DNA from: a virus
Taxonomy: Duplodnaviria; Caudoviricetes
Strand: one strand, 5' to 3'
Virus record (IMG/VR): IMGVR_UViG_3300010340_001609
Coordinates: 28,325 to 92,324 of that record
Length of the DNA stretch: 64,000 nucleotides
Of this stretch, positions 38,452 to 46,992 are shown piece by piece (the first letter of the stretch is position 1; each line of letters begins with the position of its first letter). The translations under genes were made by a program, and so were the position numbers. The notes below the pieces were generated by a model. That model ran no database searches. It was not told the origin of the DNA and saw only the letters and a program-made list of their open reading frames with translations.

Positions 38452-39733
38452 GTAAAAATCCACCATGACCTGTTGATAAAACATTGCTAAAATAGCTTTT
38501 ACGTCCACTAATTTCAACAAAAGTATTAGCATTATTTAATTGAATAATTTCAACGCCATTAACCTGTAAAGTTTCATGTTGGTCATCATATTCAATAATG
38601 AGTTTACATTGAATAAAATTCATTATTTTTAGTATTTCACTTATTATTTCAATAAACCATTTTTGACCATTAAGATAGTCATATATTTTTATTGCAAATT
38701 GATTTAAAATTTTGATTTCATCATCAGAGTTTACAAGTCGAATCGCAAATTCAGACAATGTTTCAGGAGATAAACCGATATTTTCGGCCACTGAAAATAA
38801 ATTTTTATATGTTTTTCTGTTTGAGACATTCTTGATTAAAGAATCAAATGAATTCTTTTCTATATTACTGTTTCCTAAAATAAGATCAATTAATTCTTCA
38901 AATTTTTCTATATTATTAATATGTTTATTTAACTTTTCACGATTTTCTACAATTAAAAATTTAATAAATCTTATCGAGCTATAGGCTCCAATTTTGTTTC
39001 CACTTTGTTTTATTGACAATAAATAAATTTTATCCTTATCGATAATTTTAGCGTCATAACCAATATGATTGGATTTTTTATTTAAAATTATCTGTGGACT
39101 TGAAAATTTCAAATCTGTTTTATTTAGTGCAATTATCAATGGAATTAAAATTTCCGAAAAATATATTCCTATTTCTTTGTTATATTTTTTATAATTTGAG
39201 ACTTTTACTACTTCACTAGTTTTTAGCGAATATAAAATATTTTGAATTATTTTTCCTAATTGTGTTTGATCTTTTTTTGCCGAAGAATATAATTCTTCAA
39301 AAAAATCATTTGGATTTAAATTTGTGAAATTTAATTTGGATACGGAATATTGCGTCTGAGAAGCTAACGAAGTTTTTAAACGTGGTTTAATTTGAAATGC
39401 AAAATCAAAGTCATTTTTCAATTGACTACCTCCCCAATGTGGAGTTTCATGAATTGATTTAAATTCTTTTTCATATAGCCTGATAAGTGGAAACTGTTTA
39501 TTTTTTCTTTTTCGACTCAAAGTAACGAGAATGCCAGTTTTATATTTTTCAATATAACCTAAATTTTTATTTGCAATTTTAATTTCAGGATTTGACTGTA
39601 TAAAATCTGAAACGTCTGTAATAATTTTTAATTCTGAAATCAAATAAACAATTTGCTTGTTAGATTCGTCATAAAAAATATCTCCAATATTCCGATTTCT
39701 AATTCCTTGAGCCATATGGCTCAAGCTAATCAC
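38429..39733 (-). CDS. Hypothetical protein, possible PD-(D/E)XK nuclease
   Basis: FSEIL...GYDAKI...LLSIKQ resembles an E..D..(S)xK restriction-endonuclease-like core; likely start is ATG at 39715. Confidence 0.35.
   Translation of the reverse strand: MISLSHMAQGIRNRNIGDIFYDESNKQIVYLISELKIITDVSDFIQSNPEIKIANKNLGYIEKYKTGILVTLSRKRKNKQFPLIRLYEKEFKSIHETPHWGGSQLKNDFDFAFQIKPRLKTSLASQTQYSVSKLNFTNLNPNDFFEELYSSAKKDQTQLGKIIQNILYSLKTSEVVKVSNYKKYNKEIGIYFSEILIPLIIALNKTDLKFSSPQIILNKKSNHIGYDAKIIDKDKIYLLSIKQSGNKIGAYSSIRFIKFLIVENREKLNKHINNIEKFEELIDLILGNSNIEKNSFDSLIKNVSNRKTYKNLFSVAENIGLSPETLSEFAIRLVNSDDEIKILNQFAIKIYDYLNGQKWFIEIISEILKIMNFIQCKLIIEYDDQHETLQVNGVEIIQLNNANTFVEISGRKSYFSNVLSTGHGGFLLKYHNPR
39706..39725. 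promoter_or_regulatory. Perfect 20-bp palindrome covering the likely start codon
   Basis: CTTGAGCCATATGGCTCAAG contains the minus-strand ATG at 39715. Confidence 0.55.
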
Positions 39734-39754
39734 TCATTACTCTGTTGGCAACAC

Positions 39755-40927
39755 TTAACCTATTTCCAGTTCAGTTTCGTCGTGATTTTTCCTCATATAA
39801 TCATAAGCATCTGAAAGTGATCCTAGATTTTTATAAAATGCTGAAAGACCATATTTGTTCAAAGAAACTTCTCCACACATGATCATATCTTTGTCAATTT
39901 GTTTTGTACTTAAAACAGTTTTTATTTGTGGAACACTCCATATTTTTAAATTTTTATCACTGAAGTTTTCTCCGTTTACTACCAATTCCAAATATGGCTT
40001 ATTTGCTTTTGAAACTTTTTCAGTTATTTTTCTAACAATAAACCAAACAGCAGCTTTGACCTCCGCTTCTGGATTTTCCAGAAAATCTGGTGTTTCAATT
40101 TTGTCAATTGAAATTAGATCCATTTCTTTTATCACTTGTGAATACTCCTCATCTAAAATTAGACTAATGTCCACGCTTCCAGCCAATTCCATCCAAAAAC
40201 TTATTTTTTGAGCTTTAGTCCAATCTGGTGAATTTATAATTTCTTGTTCTTTGGTAAGCGCCTCTATTAATGGTTTGATTTCATTATTTTTCTTTCTGTT
40301 CATCGTTTTTTTAATTTCATCAAATGGTTCAATAATAACATTATAAAGTTGTTTATAGTTTTTATATTTCTTGTTTTGTCCAACGATGTGCAAACTGTCT
40401 AACGCTTCTAGGCAAACTAAGTTTGTTAAACTTTTTTTATTAAATTTAGAGTGTCTTTTTGTCCCATCTGGATTGACGAATAAGTCTTCAATTGAAGAAT
40501 AAGGTTTATATTGTTGAATTTCTTCAAGTGCAGCATTTCCAATTCCAGAAATTGTGGTCAACCCTGGAACTATAGTTTTTTCTTCTTTAGGGTGCATTTC
40601 ATAACCTGCCCCAGAAAAATTAATATCTGGTTTTGAAAACTTATAACCTAATTTTTGAGCCTCTCTCATTGCCACTGTTTTTGGATCTTCTTGTCCTACA
40701 ACTTTCCCTTTTTCTAAGGCGGCATAATCTAAAGCAGAAGTTATCCATTCATCTGGGTAATATTTTAGCAAATAAGCGCATTGATATGTTGCTATCGAAT
40801 ATGAAATCGCGTGAGAATTTGAAGTTAATAATCCATTTTCAAGATAAAATTGATGATCTTCATGTTCCACTTCTAAATCGTATGTTTGTTCTTCTCCTAG
40901 ATATTCAAATGACACTACTTTTGGCAT
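39755..40927 (-). CDS. dnaE: DnaE fragment 5 of 5: IntC4 (37 aa) plus C-terminal extein (353 aa; fingers end, HhH, OB)
   Basis: TYDLEV...HQFYLENGLLTSN|SHAISYS..YQCAYLLKYYP, PDINFS, GLTTISGIG HhH motif. Confidence 0.92.
   Translation of the reverse strand: MPKVVSFEYLGEEQTYDLEVEHEDHQFYLENGLLTSNSHAISYSIATYQCAYLLKYYPDEWITSALDYAALEKGKVVGQEDPKTVAMREAQKLGYKFSKPDINFSGAGYEMHPKEEKTIVPGLTTISGIGNAALEEIQQYKPYSSIEDLFVNPDGTKRHSKFNKKSLTNLVCLEALDSLHIVGQNKKYKNYKQLYNVIIEPFDEIKKTMNRKKNNEIKPLIEALTKEQEIINSPDWTKAQKISFWMELAGSVDISLILDEEYSQVIKEMDLISIDKIETPDFLENPEAEVKAAVWFIVRKITEKVSKANKPYLELVVNGENFSDKNLKIWSVPQIKTVLSTKQIDKDMIMCGEVSLNKYGLSAFYKNLGSLSDAYDYMRKNHDETELEIG
40817..40927 (-). mobile_element. Split intein 4, C-half
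   Basis: Blocks F/G: YDLEV...HQFYLENGLLTSN; +1 residue is Ser. Confidence 0.9.
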
Positions 40928-41897
40928 ATTTTTCTCCTATGAATATTAAACCTGTCTTTATTTCATTTATTTGAGCATTAATATGCTGCTCTAATTCATC
41001 CATATATTTCTTTTTAAGTTTTGTTTTTTTATAATTTAATACATCATATGAAAGTCTTATTATTAAGAATTTTTCCTTTAAATAAGAATTAAATTCCTTA
41101 TCTTTATTTTGAATTTTTTCTAATATTTCTTTATTAAAGAATCTAAAATGTAAGATTCCGTCATATTCAATTATTAATTTTAAATCATTACATTTAATGT
41201 CTATTTGTCTCCATTTTGTTTTAGTAGTAAAATTTATATTATGTTCAAACTGATTTCTTTTAAATTTTAGTTTAGAATATTTGTTCTTAAGATGATTAAA
41301 AAGGATTTCTTCTCCTTTACTTTTAAAGGAAACATTTTTACAAAGTTTAATAATACATTTTTTAAAAAAAAGATTTGGGTTTTCTTTTCTCCATTTTTCA
41401 AGTCGTTTGCTTCTTTGTATTAAAATTTCAGGTCTACTTGATGTTTTTATCGCAGTTTTAGACGATAATTCTACATTGTTTTCTCTAAATTTTGGATCTT
41501 TCCAAAGATTTGACAATAATATTGACCTTCTTTTTCTTTCATTTTGATTATTTAATATATTTTTGGAAACGTTAAATTTCATTTTAGAAATTTTTTCTTC
41601 ATATAAAGAAGGATTTTCTCTTTTATATTTTGTAACCCAATTTTCTCTTCCTTTTTGAGCAGCAGATCTTTTTTCAAAAGAATTTGAAGTTTTTTGTATT
41701 AAAAATTTTTCATTTGGATGATTTGAATTATAATGATTTTTTAATTCTCTAAAATTAAGTTTACATATATCACATTTTAGATAATCTTTACCTTCAATTC
41801 CTATAAGGATAATACAATCTTTTCTATGCTTAACTTTTTTACAAAAAGTACATCGAGGTGTACGTTTTTGAGCTTTTTTTATTATTTTATTAGTCAT
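40905..41897 (-). CDS. Free-standing endonuclease (Vsr/DUF559-like PD-(D/E)XK with Zn fingers) between IntN4 and IntC4; putative homing endonuclease
   Basis: CxxC..H..C and CxxC...H...H at the N-terminus; SKGEE.LF...QF...IDI...LIIEYDG.LH...KD. Confidence 0.75.
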   Translation of the reverse strand: MTNKIIKKAQKRTPRCTFCKKVKHRKDCIILIGIEGKDYLKCDICKLNFRELKNHYNSNHPNEKFLIQKTSNSFEKRSAAQKGRENWVTKYKRENPSLYEEKISKMKFNVSKNILNNQNERKRRSILLSNLWKDPKFRENNVELSSKTAIKTSSRPEILIQRSKRLEKWRKENPNLFFKKCIIKLCKNVSFKSKGEEILFNHLKNKYSKLKFKRNQFEHNINFTTKTKWRQIDIKCNDLKLIIEYDGILHFRFFNKEILEKIQNKDKEFNSYLKEKFLIIRLSYDVLNYKKTKLKKKYMDELEQHINAQINEIKTGLIFIGEKYAKSSVI

Positions 41898-42192
41898 TAA
41901 CTATTTCCAGATTTTCTTTTATTATTTGTTTTATAGGTAACATTCGTCCATCTTTCACTCTAAATTTATGGTCCATAGAACATATTACTTCAACTCCATT
42001 ATCTAGTAAAAATTTAAAAACAGGTATTTTTCCGTGATTATGAAGTTTTTTTACTTTTACAAAAATAGTTTGTTTTGTTTTTTCATCTCTTGATTTAACA
42101 AATTCATTTGACTGAATCTTTTCAATCGTTTTAGTTGTTTTATATATTCCGTTTTTATTATAAATTGGAATTTTAGTGTCTGATTTCAAACT
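41890..42192 (-). mobile_element. Split intein 4, N-half
   Basis: Block A SLKSDTKI (Ser nucleophile); block B ICSMDHKF. Confidence 0.85.
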
Positions 42193-43149
42193 TGCATTGA
42201 ACGAGTATGCGACCAAAGCCTCCATTTTATCAAAAAATGCGGCAGATTTTGCACTGTCAATATTTGCGAATTTTTTTGTTTTATCCACAAACTCTTGTTT
42301 GAGTTTTTCCCTTTCTTTTGCAGCTTTCTCTTTATTACTTGTTTCCTTTTTCGTGAAGGCTTTTCGAACGGAGTCTGTCTCATCCAGCGGCATTCCACAA
42401 AGTTTTGCATAGATCAACTGTAATTGTTCCTGAAATATTAAAAGACCACTTGTGGGTTTCAAGACATCTTCAAGTAATGGATGTTCATACTGGATTTTAT
42501 CTGGGTTCGCTCTGTTATTTAAGAATAACTTATCCACTTTTAATCCCAGCGGTCCTGGGCGGTGTATTGAGGTCGCTATTGCAATATCTCTAATTGAGAC
42601 TGGTTTCATTTTTCTCATAAACTCTTGAGTATTTGGTTTTACAAATTGAAATATTGAAAAGAAATTTCCATTCCAAAAAACATGTTTATAGACTTCTATG
42701 TCGTCAAAATTGTTATTATCTGGTGATAGATGTTTTTGAAACCACTCATTAATTTGTTCAAAACTCGGCTCTTTTATTCCGTGATATTTAATCAGAATTT
42801 TTCTAACTGTGTTTTCAAACATTCTAAGAGTTCCGAGTGCCAAAAAGTCAAATTTTAAAAACCCAAAGTGTTCTAACATTCTGAAGTTAACTCCTTCCGT
42901 CCAAGGAGTTTGAAGACTTCTTTTTTCATTCTTGCCGCCTATTATCAGTGGCATATTCTCTTTTTCCAAGGGCGAGTCCGTCAACACCACGCCGCCCGCG
43001 TGCCGCCCGCAATTTGAAATTAATCCAGCTTCCGTTAAAAGGTTCGGTTGATTGTCGATAAACACACTCGGAGAGACGTTGTGATGAAGGTCATAGACTT
43101 TGTGTTTTCCGTCGAGTTTTTTTATTGATATGATTTTTCGGTTATTCAT
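41890..43149 (-). CDS. dnaE: DnaE fragment 4 of 5: IntC3 (46 aa) plus extein (273 aa) plus IntN4 (100 aa)
   Basis: GLISN|CGRHAGGVV, FLKFDFLALGTL (third catalytic Asp), IFQF, HRPGP, IFQEQL, YSFNA|SLKSDTKI...CSMDHKF. Confidence 0.93.
   Translation of the reverse strand: MNNRKIISIKKLDGKHKVYDLHHNVSPSVFIDNQPNLLTEAGLISNCGRHAGGVVLTDSPLEKENMPLIIGGKNEKRSLQTPWTEGVNFRMLEHFGFLKFDFLALGTLRMFENTVRKILIKYHGIKEPSFEQINEWFQKHLSPDNNNFDDIEVYKHVFWNGNFFSIFQFVKPNTQEFMRKMKPVSIRDIAIATSIHRPGPLGLKVDKLFLNNRANPDKIQYEHPLLEDVLKPTSGLLIFQEQLQLIYAKLCGMPLDETDSVRKAFTKKETSNKEKAAKEREKLKQEFVDKTKKFANIDSAKSAAFFDKMEALVAYSFNASLKSDTKIPIYNKNGIYKTTKTIEKIQSNEFVKSRDEKTKQTIFVKVKKLHNHGKIPVFKFLLDNGVEVICSMDHKFRVKDGRMLPIKQIIKENLEIVND
43012..43149 (-). 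mobile_element. Split intein 3, C-half
   Basis: KIISIKK...KVYDL...AGLISN; +1 residue is Cys. Confidence 0.85.
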
Positions 43150-43600
43150 ATTTTCTTTTTATTTTTCTTTCTAAGAAGTTTATATCAAACGTTTGCGTAT
43201 TATTTTTTCTTAAAAAAATACTTATTTCCTGTTCATTCACAAATTTTTTAAGCTCAACATCATAAAGCAAATTTGATATTATACAGATGTTTGAATTTAA
43301 CAATAATGTTTTTTCATCTTCATATTTTTTTATTTTAAATAAAAAAGTACTTCTTTCTTTTAAAGAAGAAGAGCATAACCATAACATGGTTTTCAAAAAA
43401 TTGTATTCAAAACCTGAATTGTAAATTGAAAGATTTATAACTGGGTATTTGTCTGCAAATTCATTTAAAAGAATTTCATTGGAACAAGAAAAATTAGAGT
43501 TATCTACGACTGAGGAATAATTCAAATTAATCAAATTTTCAAAAAAGAGTAAACGTTCAAATATATGAGTTGAGTAGTTTTCTAACTTCATCACATCCAT
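43142..43600 (-). CDS. Hypothetical protein inserted between IntN3 and IntC3
   Basis: 152 aa; overlaps both flanking dnaE fragments; no motif recognised. Confidence 0.5.
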   Translation of the reverse strand: MDVMKLENYSTHIFERLLFFENLINLNYSSVVDNSNFSCSNEILLNEFADKYPVINLSIYNSGFEYNFLKTMLWLCSSSLKERSTFLFKIKKYEDEKTLLLNSNICIISNLLYDVELKKFVNEQEISIFLRKNNTQTFDINFLERKIKRKYE

Positions 43601-43872
43601 CCAATCAAACTATCATCTGATGACAAATCAATTACTTTTTTCCATCCTTTATCTGTTTGCACTAAATGGTCTTCTGTTAATTTAATAGTCTTACCATCAC
43701 TCATAGTAATCTCATATAGTTCTTTTTCACCATTTTCTATTTTAAAATAATCTGAATTAAACTGCAATTCACCAGTAGTATCAACAAACGCAATTTTATC
43801 AACATCTTCTTTTATGTTTTTAAATGCTTTCCAACCATTGTTTGTCATAATAATGGTATCCTCCGTAAAACA
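43591..43872 (-). mobile_element. Split intein 3, N-half
   Basis: Block A CFTEDTIIMTNNGWK; block B IKLTEDHLV..DKGWK. Confidence 0.9.
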
Positions 43873-44268
43873 AGACTTAATTTGTTTAAATAAGATTTTT
43901 AGGCTTGATTCAAGTTGTGGATATTCTTCTAATAATTCATTAAACGTCGGAGAATTTTTCTCCGCACTTTCATATGAAAGAAACCAGACGCCTCTATCGA
44001 AACCATCTTGTTGCTTGTCTGCTGCCAATGTTTCCTTTTCTATCTGTTGGGTTACAGGATTTATAAGTTCAAATGGTATTTGATAGAGTCTTGCCAAATC
44101 TTTAATTAAAGATTTTAGCTGTAACTGGTTATAGTTTGAAACTGGCAAAACTGATTCTTCGCCAAAATGCTCAGTCAATATCTTAATGGCTTCTTCCCGA
44201 TCAGCACAATCGCTATTGTGACTAACAATCGAAAATCCACTTTCATAGAATGAATGTAGTTTTTTCAT
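43591..44268 (-). CDS. dnaE: DnaE fragment 3 of 5: IntC2 (18 aa) plus extein (114 aa) plus IntN3 (93 aa)
   Basis: SIVSHN|SDCADREEAI...FG..SV..VSNY...KSLIKDLAR...QIKS|CFTEDTII...LTEDHL. Confidence 0.92.
   Translation of the reverse strand: MKKLHSFYESGFSIVSHNSDCADREEAIKILTEHFGEESVLPVSNYNQLQLKSLIKDLARLYQIPFELINPVTQQIEKETLAADKQQDGFDRGVWFLSYESAEKNSPTFNELLEEYPQLESSLKILFKQIKSCFTEDTIIMTNNGWKAFKNIKEDVDKIAFVDTTGELQFNSDYFKIENGEKELYEITMSDGKTIKLTEDHLVQTDKGWKKVIDLSSDDSLIGWM
44215..44268 (-). mobile_element. Split intein 2, atypically short C-half
   Basis: MKKLHSFYESGFSIVSHN; +1 residue is Ser. Confidence 0.8.
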
Positions 44269-44295
44269 TTAGTATTTTCCTCATTTCCTTTTGCT

Positions 44296-44754
44296 TCATT
44301 CCAGGCAATCTTGCTGTAATCCATAATTTTTTTCTACTTTCAAAATTCCATTTTCTTCCAAAACATTAAATGGTATAATATTAAAACTTTTTGTTGATTC
44401 TATACTAATATCAACCAGTTCAACTTTTTGATTGTTTAATTTTCTTTTTTCTACTATCGAACAATTTATATGATTTGATTTAATCAAATCACCAACATTT
44501 AACGAATAAACATTTTTAATTGAAGAATTTTCAGTGAAAAATCTATGCTTACCAGTTGCAATTATACAACCATAACAATCATTGATTTTTACGAAAATTT
44601 CAAATAAATCATCAGTTTCACACGAAACTCTTTGCGAAGTAAATAAAACTCTTTCTTTTTCGTTAAAAATATTGATGATAAAATCACCTTGTTTAATGTT
44701 TTTGATTTTCTTATACCCAGTCGTTGTTGGGACTAATGTATTTGCTTCTAAACA
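44296..44754 (-). mobile_element. Split intein 2, long N-half
   Basis: Block [11 protein letters not shown]; block B IATGKHRF; also contains block-F-like [14 protein letters not shown]. Confidence 0.85.
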
Positions 44755-44979
44755 ATCAATATCTGGAAGTCCTGCCTTTTTCTTACTAAGAAATCTTTCA
44801 AATAACAATCCATGTTTTACAGGATCTACTTGAGTTATCCCAGTTGCATAACAAACCAAAGATCCTGCACCAGAATTATGTACTGGTATACCCTCTACAT
44901 TATAAGAATTCTTATTCTCAACAGAGAGATCATATACTTTTCCTTTATATTTTGAGTATGATTTATTCTTCAGTTTCAT
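44296..44979 (-). CDS. dnaE: DnaE fragment 2 of 5: IntC1 (35 aa) plus extein (40 aa) plus IntN2 (152 aa)
   Basis: VYDLSV...IPVHN|[40 protein letters not shown]|CLEANTLV...ATGKHRF. Confidence 0.93.
   Translation of the reverse strand: MKLKNKSYSKYKGKVYDLSVENKNSYNVEGIPVHNSGAGSLVCYATGITQVDPVKHGLLFERFLSKKKAGLPDIDCLEANTLVPTTTGYKKIKNIKQGDFIINIFNEKERVLFTSQRVSCETDDLFEIFVKINDCYGCIIATGKHRFFTENSSIKNVYSLNVGDLIKSNHINCSIVEKRKLNNQKVELVDISIESTKSFNIIPFNVLEENGILKVEKNYGLQQDCLE
44875..44979 (-). mobile_element. Split intein 1, C-half
   Basis: [22 protein letters not shown]; +1 residue is Ser. Confidence 0.92.
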
Positions 44980-45271
44980 TTATTATTATTCCTAGCTTTT
45001 TTTGATTCAGCAATATTTGTCCCAAAAAAACAACTTTCCTGTCAATTCCAACAGATGCTACTATATTCATTTGTCCATAAAAAATAACATATATTATGTT
45101 ATAATATCCATCTAACAAATATTCTGTTAGTATTTCTGATGATAATACTATGTTGTCATTAATATCTGATTCATATTTTACTTTTTTCTCTAATCTTTTC
45201 TGAAAGAAGGCAAAGTCAATATGAAAATTTATTTTTTCTTTATCTTTTTCATTTTTTATTGATACAATCAT
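44963..45271 (-). CDS. Hypothetical protein
   Basis: 102-aa ORF overlapping pth2 and dnaE fragment 2. Confidence 0.45.
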   Translation of the reverse strand: MIVSIKNEKDKEKINFHIDFAFFQKRLEKKVKYESDINDNIVLSSEILTEYLLDGYYNIIYVIFYGQMNIVASVGIDRKVVFLGQILLNQKKLGIIINETEE

Positions 45272-45675
45272 AATAATTTTAATTCTCTTGTGAGTTCATC
45301 TATTCTAGATGCCTCATGCGGGCCTATCGCCATGCAGGTTCTAGTAGACACTCCATTAAATTCAGTCAAGCCTGAATCTGTTATTAAATGAGTGACTAAT
45401 CCTTTAGATTTGGCATTTTCAAAAAGTAAAAGAAGTTCATCTTCTGAATTTACATAAACACAAATTTTGCGTTGACCTGTATTAATCCAATTTAATTCCT
45501 CTTCTGAATATTCAAAATTTTTTGTTTTTATTTTTTCAAGTAAAAAAGCAATACTTGCGTGCGCAATTTGAGCTGCTATTTTACCCTTTCTTACATTTAA
45601 ATCTTTACGCCAAATTAGCACTTGTTTTACGTTTATATCATTCATGATTTCATAATTAAAATTATGAATATACAC
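45268..45675 (-). CDS. pth2: Peptidyl-tRNA hydrolase, Pth2 type
   Basis: KQVLIWRKDL..RKGKIAAQIAHAS, DSGLTEF, TCMAIGP, IDELT..LKLL; likely start at 45645. Confidence 0.92.
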   Translation of the reverse strand: MYIHNFNYEIMNDINVKQVLIWRKDLNVRKGKIAAQIAHASIAFLLEKIKTKNFEYSEEELNWINTGQRKICVYVNSEDELLLLFENAKSKGLVTHLITDSGLTEFNGVSTRTCMAIGPHEASRIDELTRELKLL

Positions 45676-46989
45676 TTTGAAATATATTTTGAAAATTTAA
45701 AAATTAAATTGAAAAAAGAATTTGATTCCGAATCAATAAAACTGTTCGAAGAAGCCGTTTCTATTTGTAGAATTAAATTAAAAAAACACGGACTATATGA
45801 AACTTGGAAGCCGTATGAATATGTTTCAATTTCAAAAAATCAATCATTTTTATTTGAAGAAATTAGCAGTGAAATTCCTGCCGATGTAAATGCTGCAATG
45901 AGTTCACAAATAGCTGCCATTAAAAATTTAAGAAAATGGTTTATGTCTTTACCCGAAAAAAAGCAAACAATAATAAATTCAAAGTCTGTTGATCTTCTTA
46001 AATCAAGAAAAAATTTTTTTGCCGAACTAGAAGATTTGGAAGATGAAATTAATGGAATATATGGAAAATTACAAAAAGGTGGTTTTTTTAGTAAGTTAGC
46101 AAAAAAAGGGTTTGGTTTTTTTCAACGTGGAATGAGTAGTCTTGGAGCTGGTGAAGTTACAAATACTAATATAGATGAAAAACTTTCTGGTGCATTGTTA
46201 TCAACAAACAGCGAACTGTTTAGTCAAGTACGTGATGCAATTTCAAATATTGTAGCAGATGAAAAAAGAAACTTGATTGGAAGGGAAATGGTAAATCAAC
46301 TTTCAAGAAGATTTAATGTCAATCCACATGATATTGCAAATGCAGCTCACTCAATTGGAGTGAATGTTCAAGGTACATTAGGAACAGTTTCTTCTCCTCA
46401 AAATGTTGCTGCTGCGGCAACTGTTGCTAATCAACCAACCACCGCAGCAACCGCGGTTGGATCTAAATTAGGAATGCCATTAATGGCAAAAATGGGAATC
46501 GGTGCGGGTGTTTTTGCTTTGGTTGCCGCAGGCGCCGCTGGTATGAAAATGAGAAGTAGAAGAAAACGCATAGAAAATTTGCAAAAAGTCGCAAAATTAT
46601 TCGGAGCTAAAAATGACATTATCACAAATGTTGTGGTTGACAATAATATTGAAAATTTAAAAAATCAAAATCAATTAGGTTCTGGAGTTATTTCATCTAA
46701 AGAATTGCCGTCGGGAGAAACACCTAAACAGTTAATGCCAGGGGATGATTATTTAAATTCAAAAACGAATACCAACCTTCTAAATCCACCACCATCAAAC
46801 AAAGAAGAAGCTAAAAAATTTCTTCAATTGGATCCAACAACAGAAGATCACTTAGCAATAAAAAAAGCTGAAGATACAATACAAAAAATAAGAGACAACC
46901 AAGTTAAACTTCATAAACTTGAAACTAATGTAATACTTGCCAGAAAACATTTAATCAATGAAATTAAATTAAAGAAAATTATATTTTAA
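45622..46989 (+). CDS. Putative internal virion protein with a hydrophobic Ala/Gly segment
   Basis: Likely start at 45664 after TAATTA; LFEE motifs; MGIGAGVFALVAAGAAG followed by a basic cluster. Confidence 0.5.
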   Translation: MFYVYIIHDFIIKIMNIHFEIYFENLKIKLKKEFDSESIKLFEEAVSICRIKLKKHGLYETWKPYEYVSISKNQSFLFEEISSEIPADVNAAMSSQIAAIKNLRKWFMSLPEKKQTIINSKSVDLLKSRKNFFAELEDLEDEINGIYGKLQKGGFFSKLAKKGFGFFQRGMSSLGAGEVTNTNIDEKLSGALLSTNSELFSQVRDAISNIVADEKRNLIGREMVNQLSRRFNVNPHDIANAAHSIGVNVQGTLGTVSSPQNVAAAATVANQPTTAATAVGSKLGMPLMAKMGIGAGVFALVAAGAAGMKMRSRRKRIENLQKVAKLFGAKNDIITNVVVDNNIENLKNQNQLGSGVISSKELPSGETPKQLMPGDDYLNSKTNTNLLNPPPSNKEEAKKFLQLDPTTEDHLAIKKAEDTIQKIRDNQVKLHKLETNVILARKHLINEIKLKKIIF

Positions 46990-46992
46990 TAA

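Noticed and set aside
44269-44298. Stop-codon reassignment or readthrough joining dnaE pieces 2 and 3
   Set aside because: The in-frame gap contains TAA as well as two TGA codons, and TGA, TAG and TAA all end well-defined genes elsewhere in the window.
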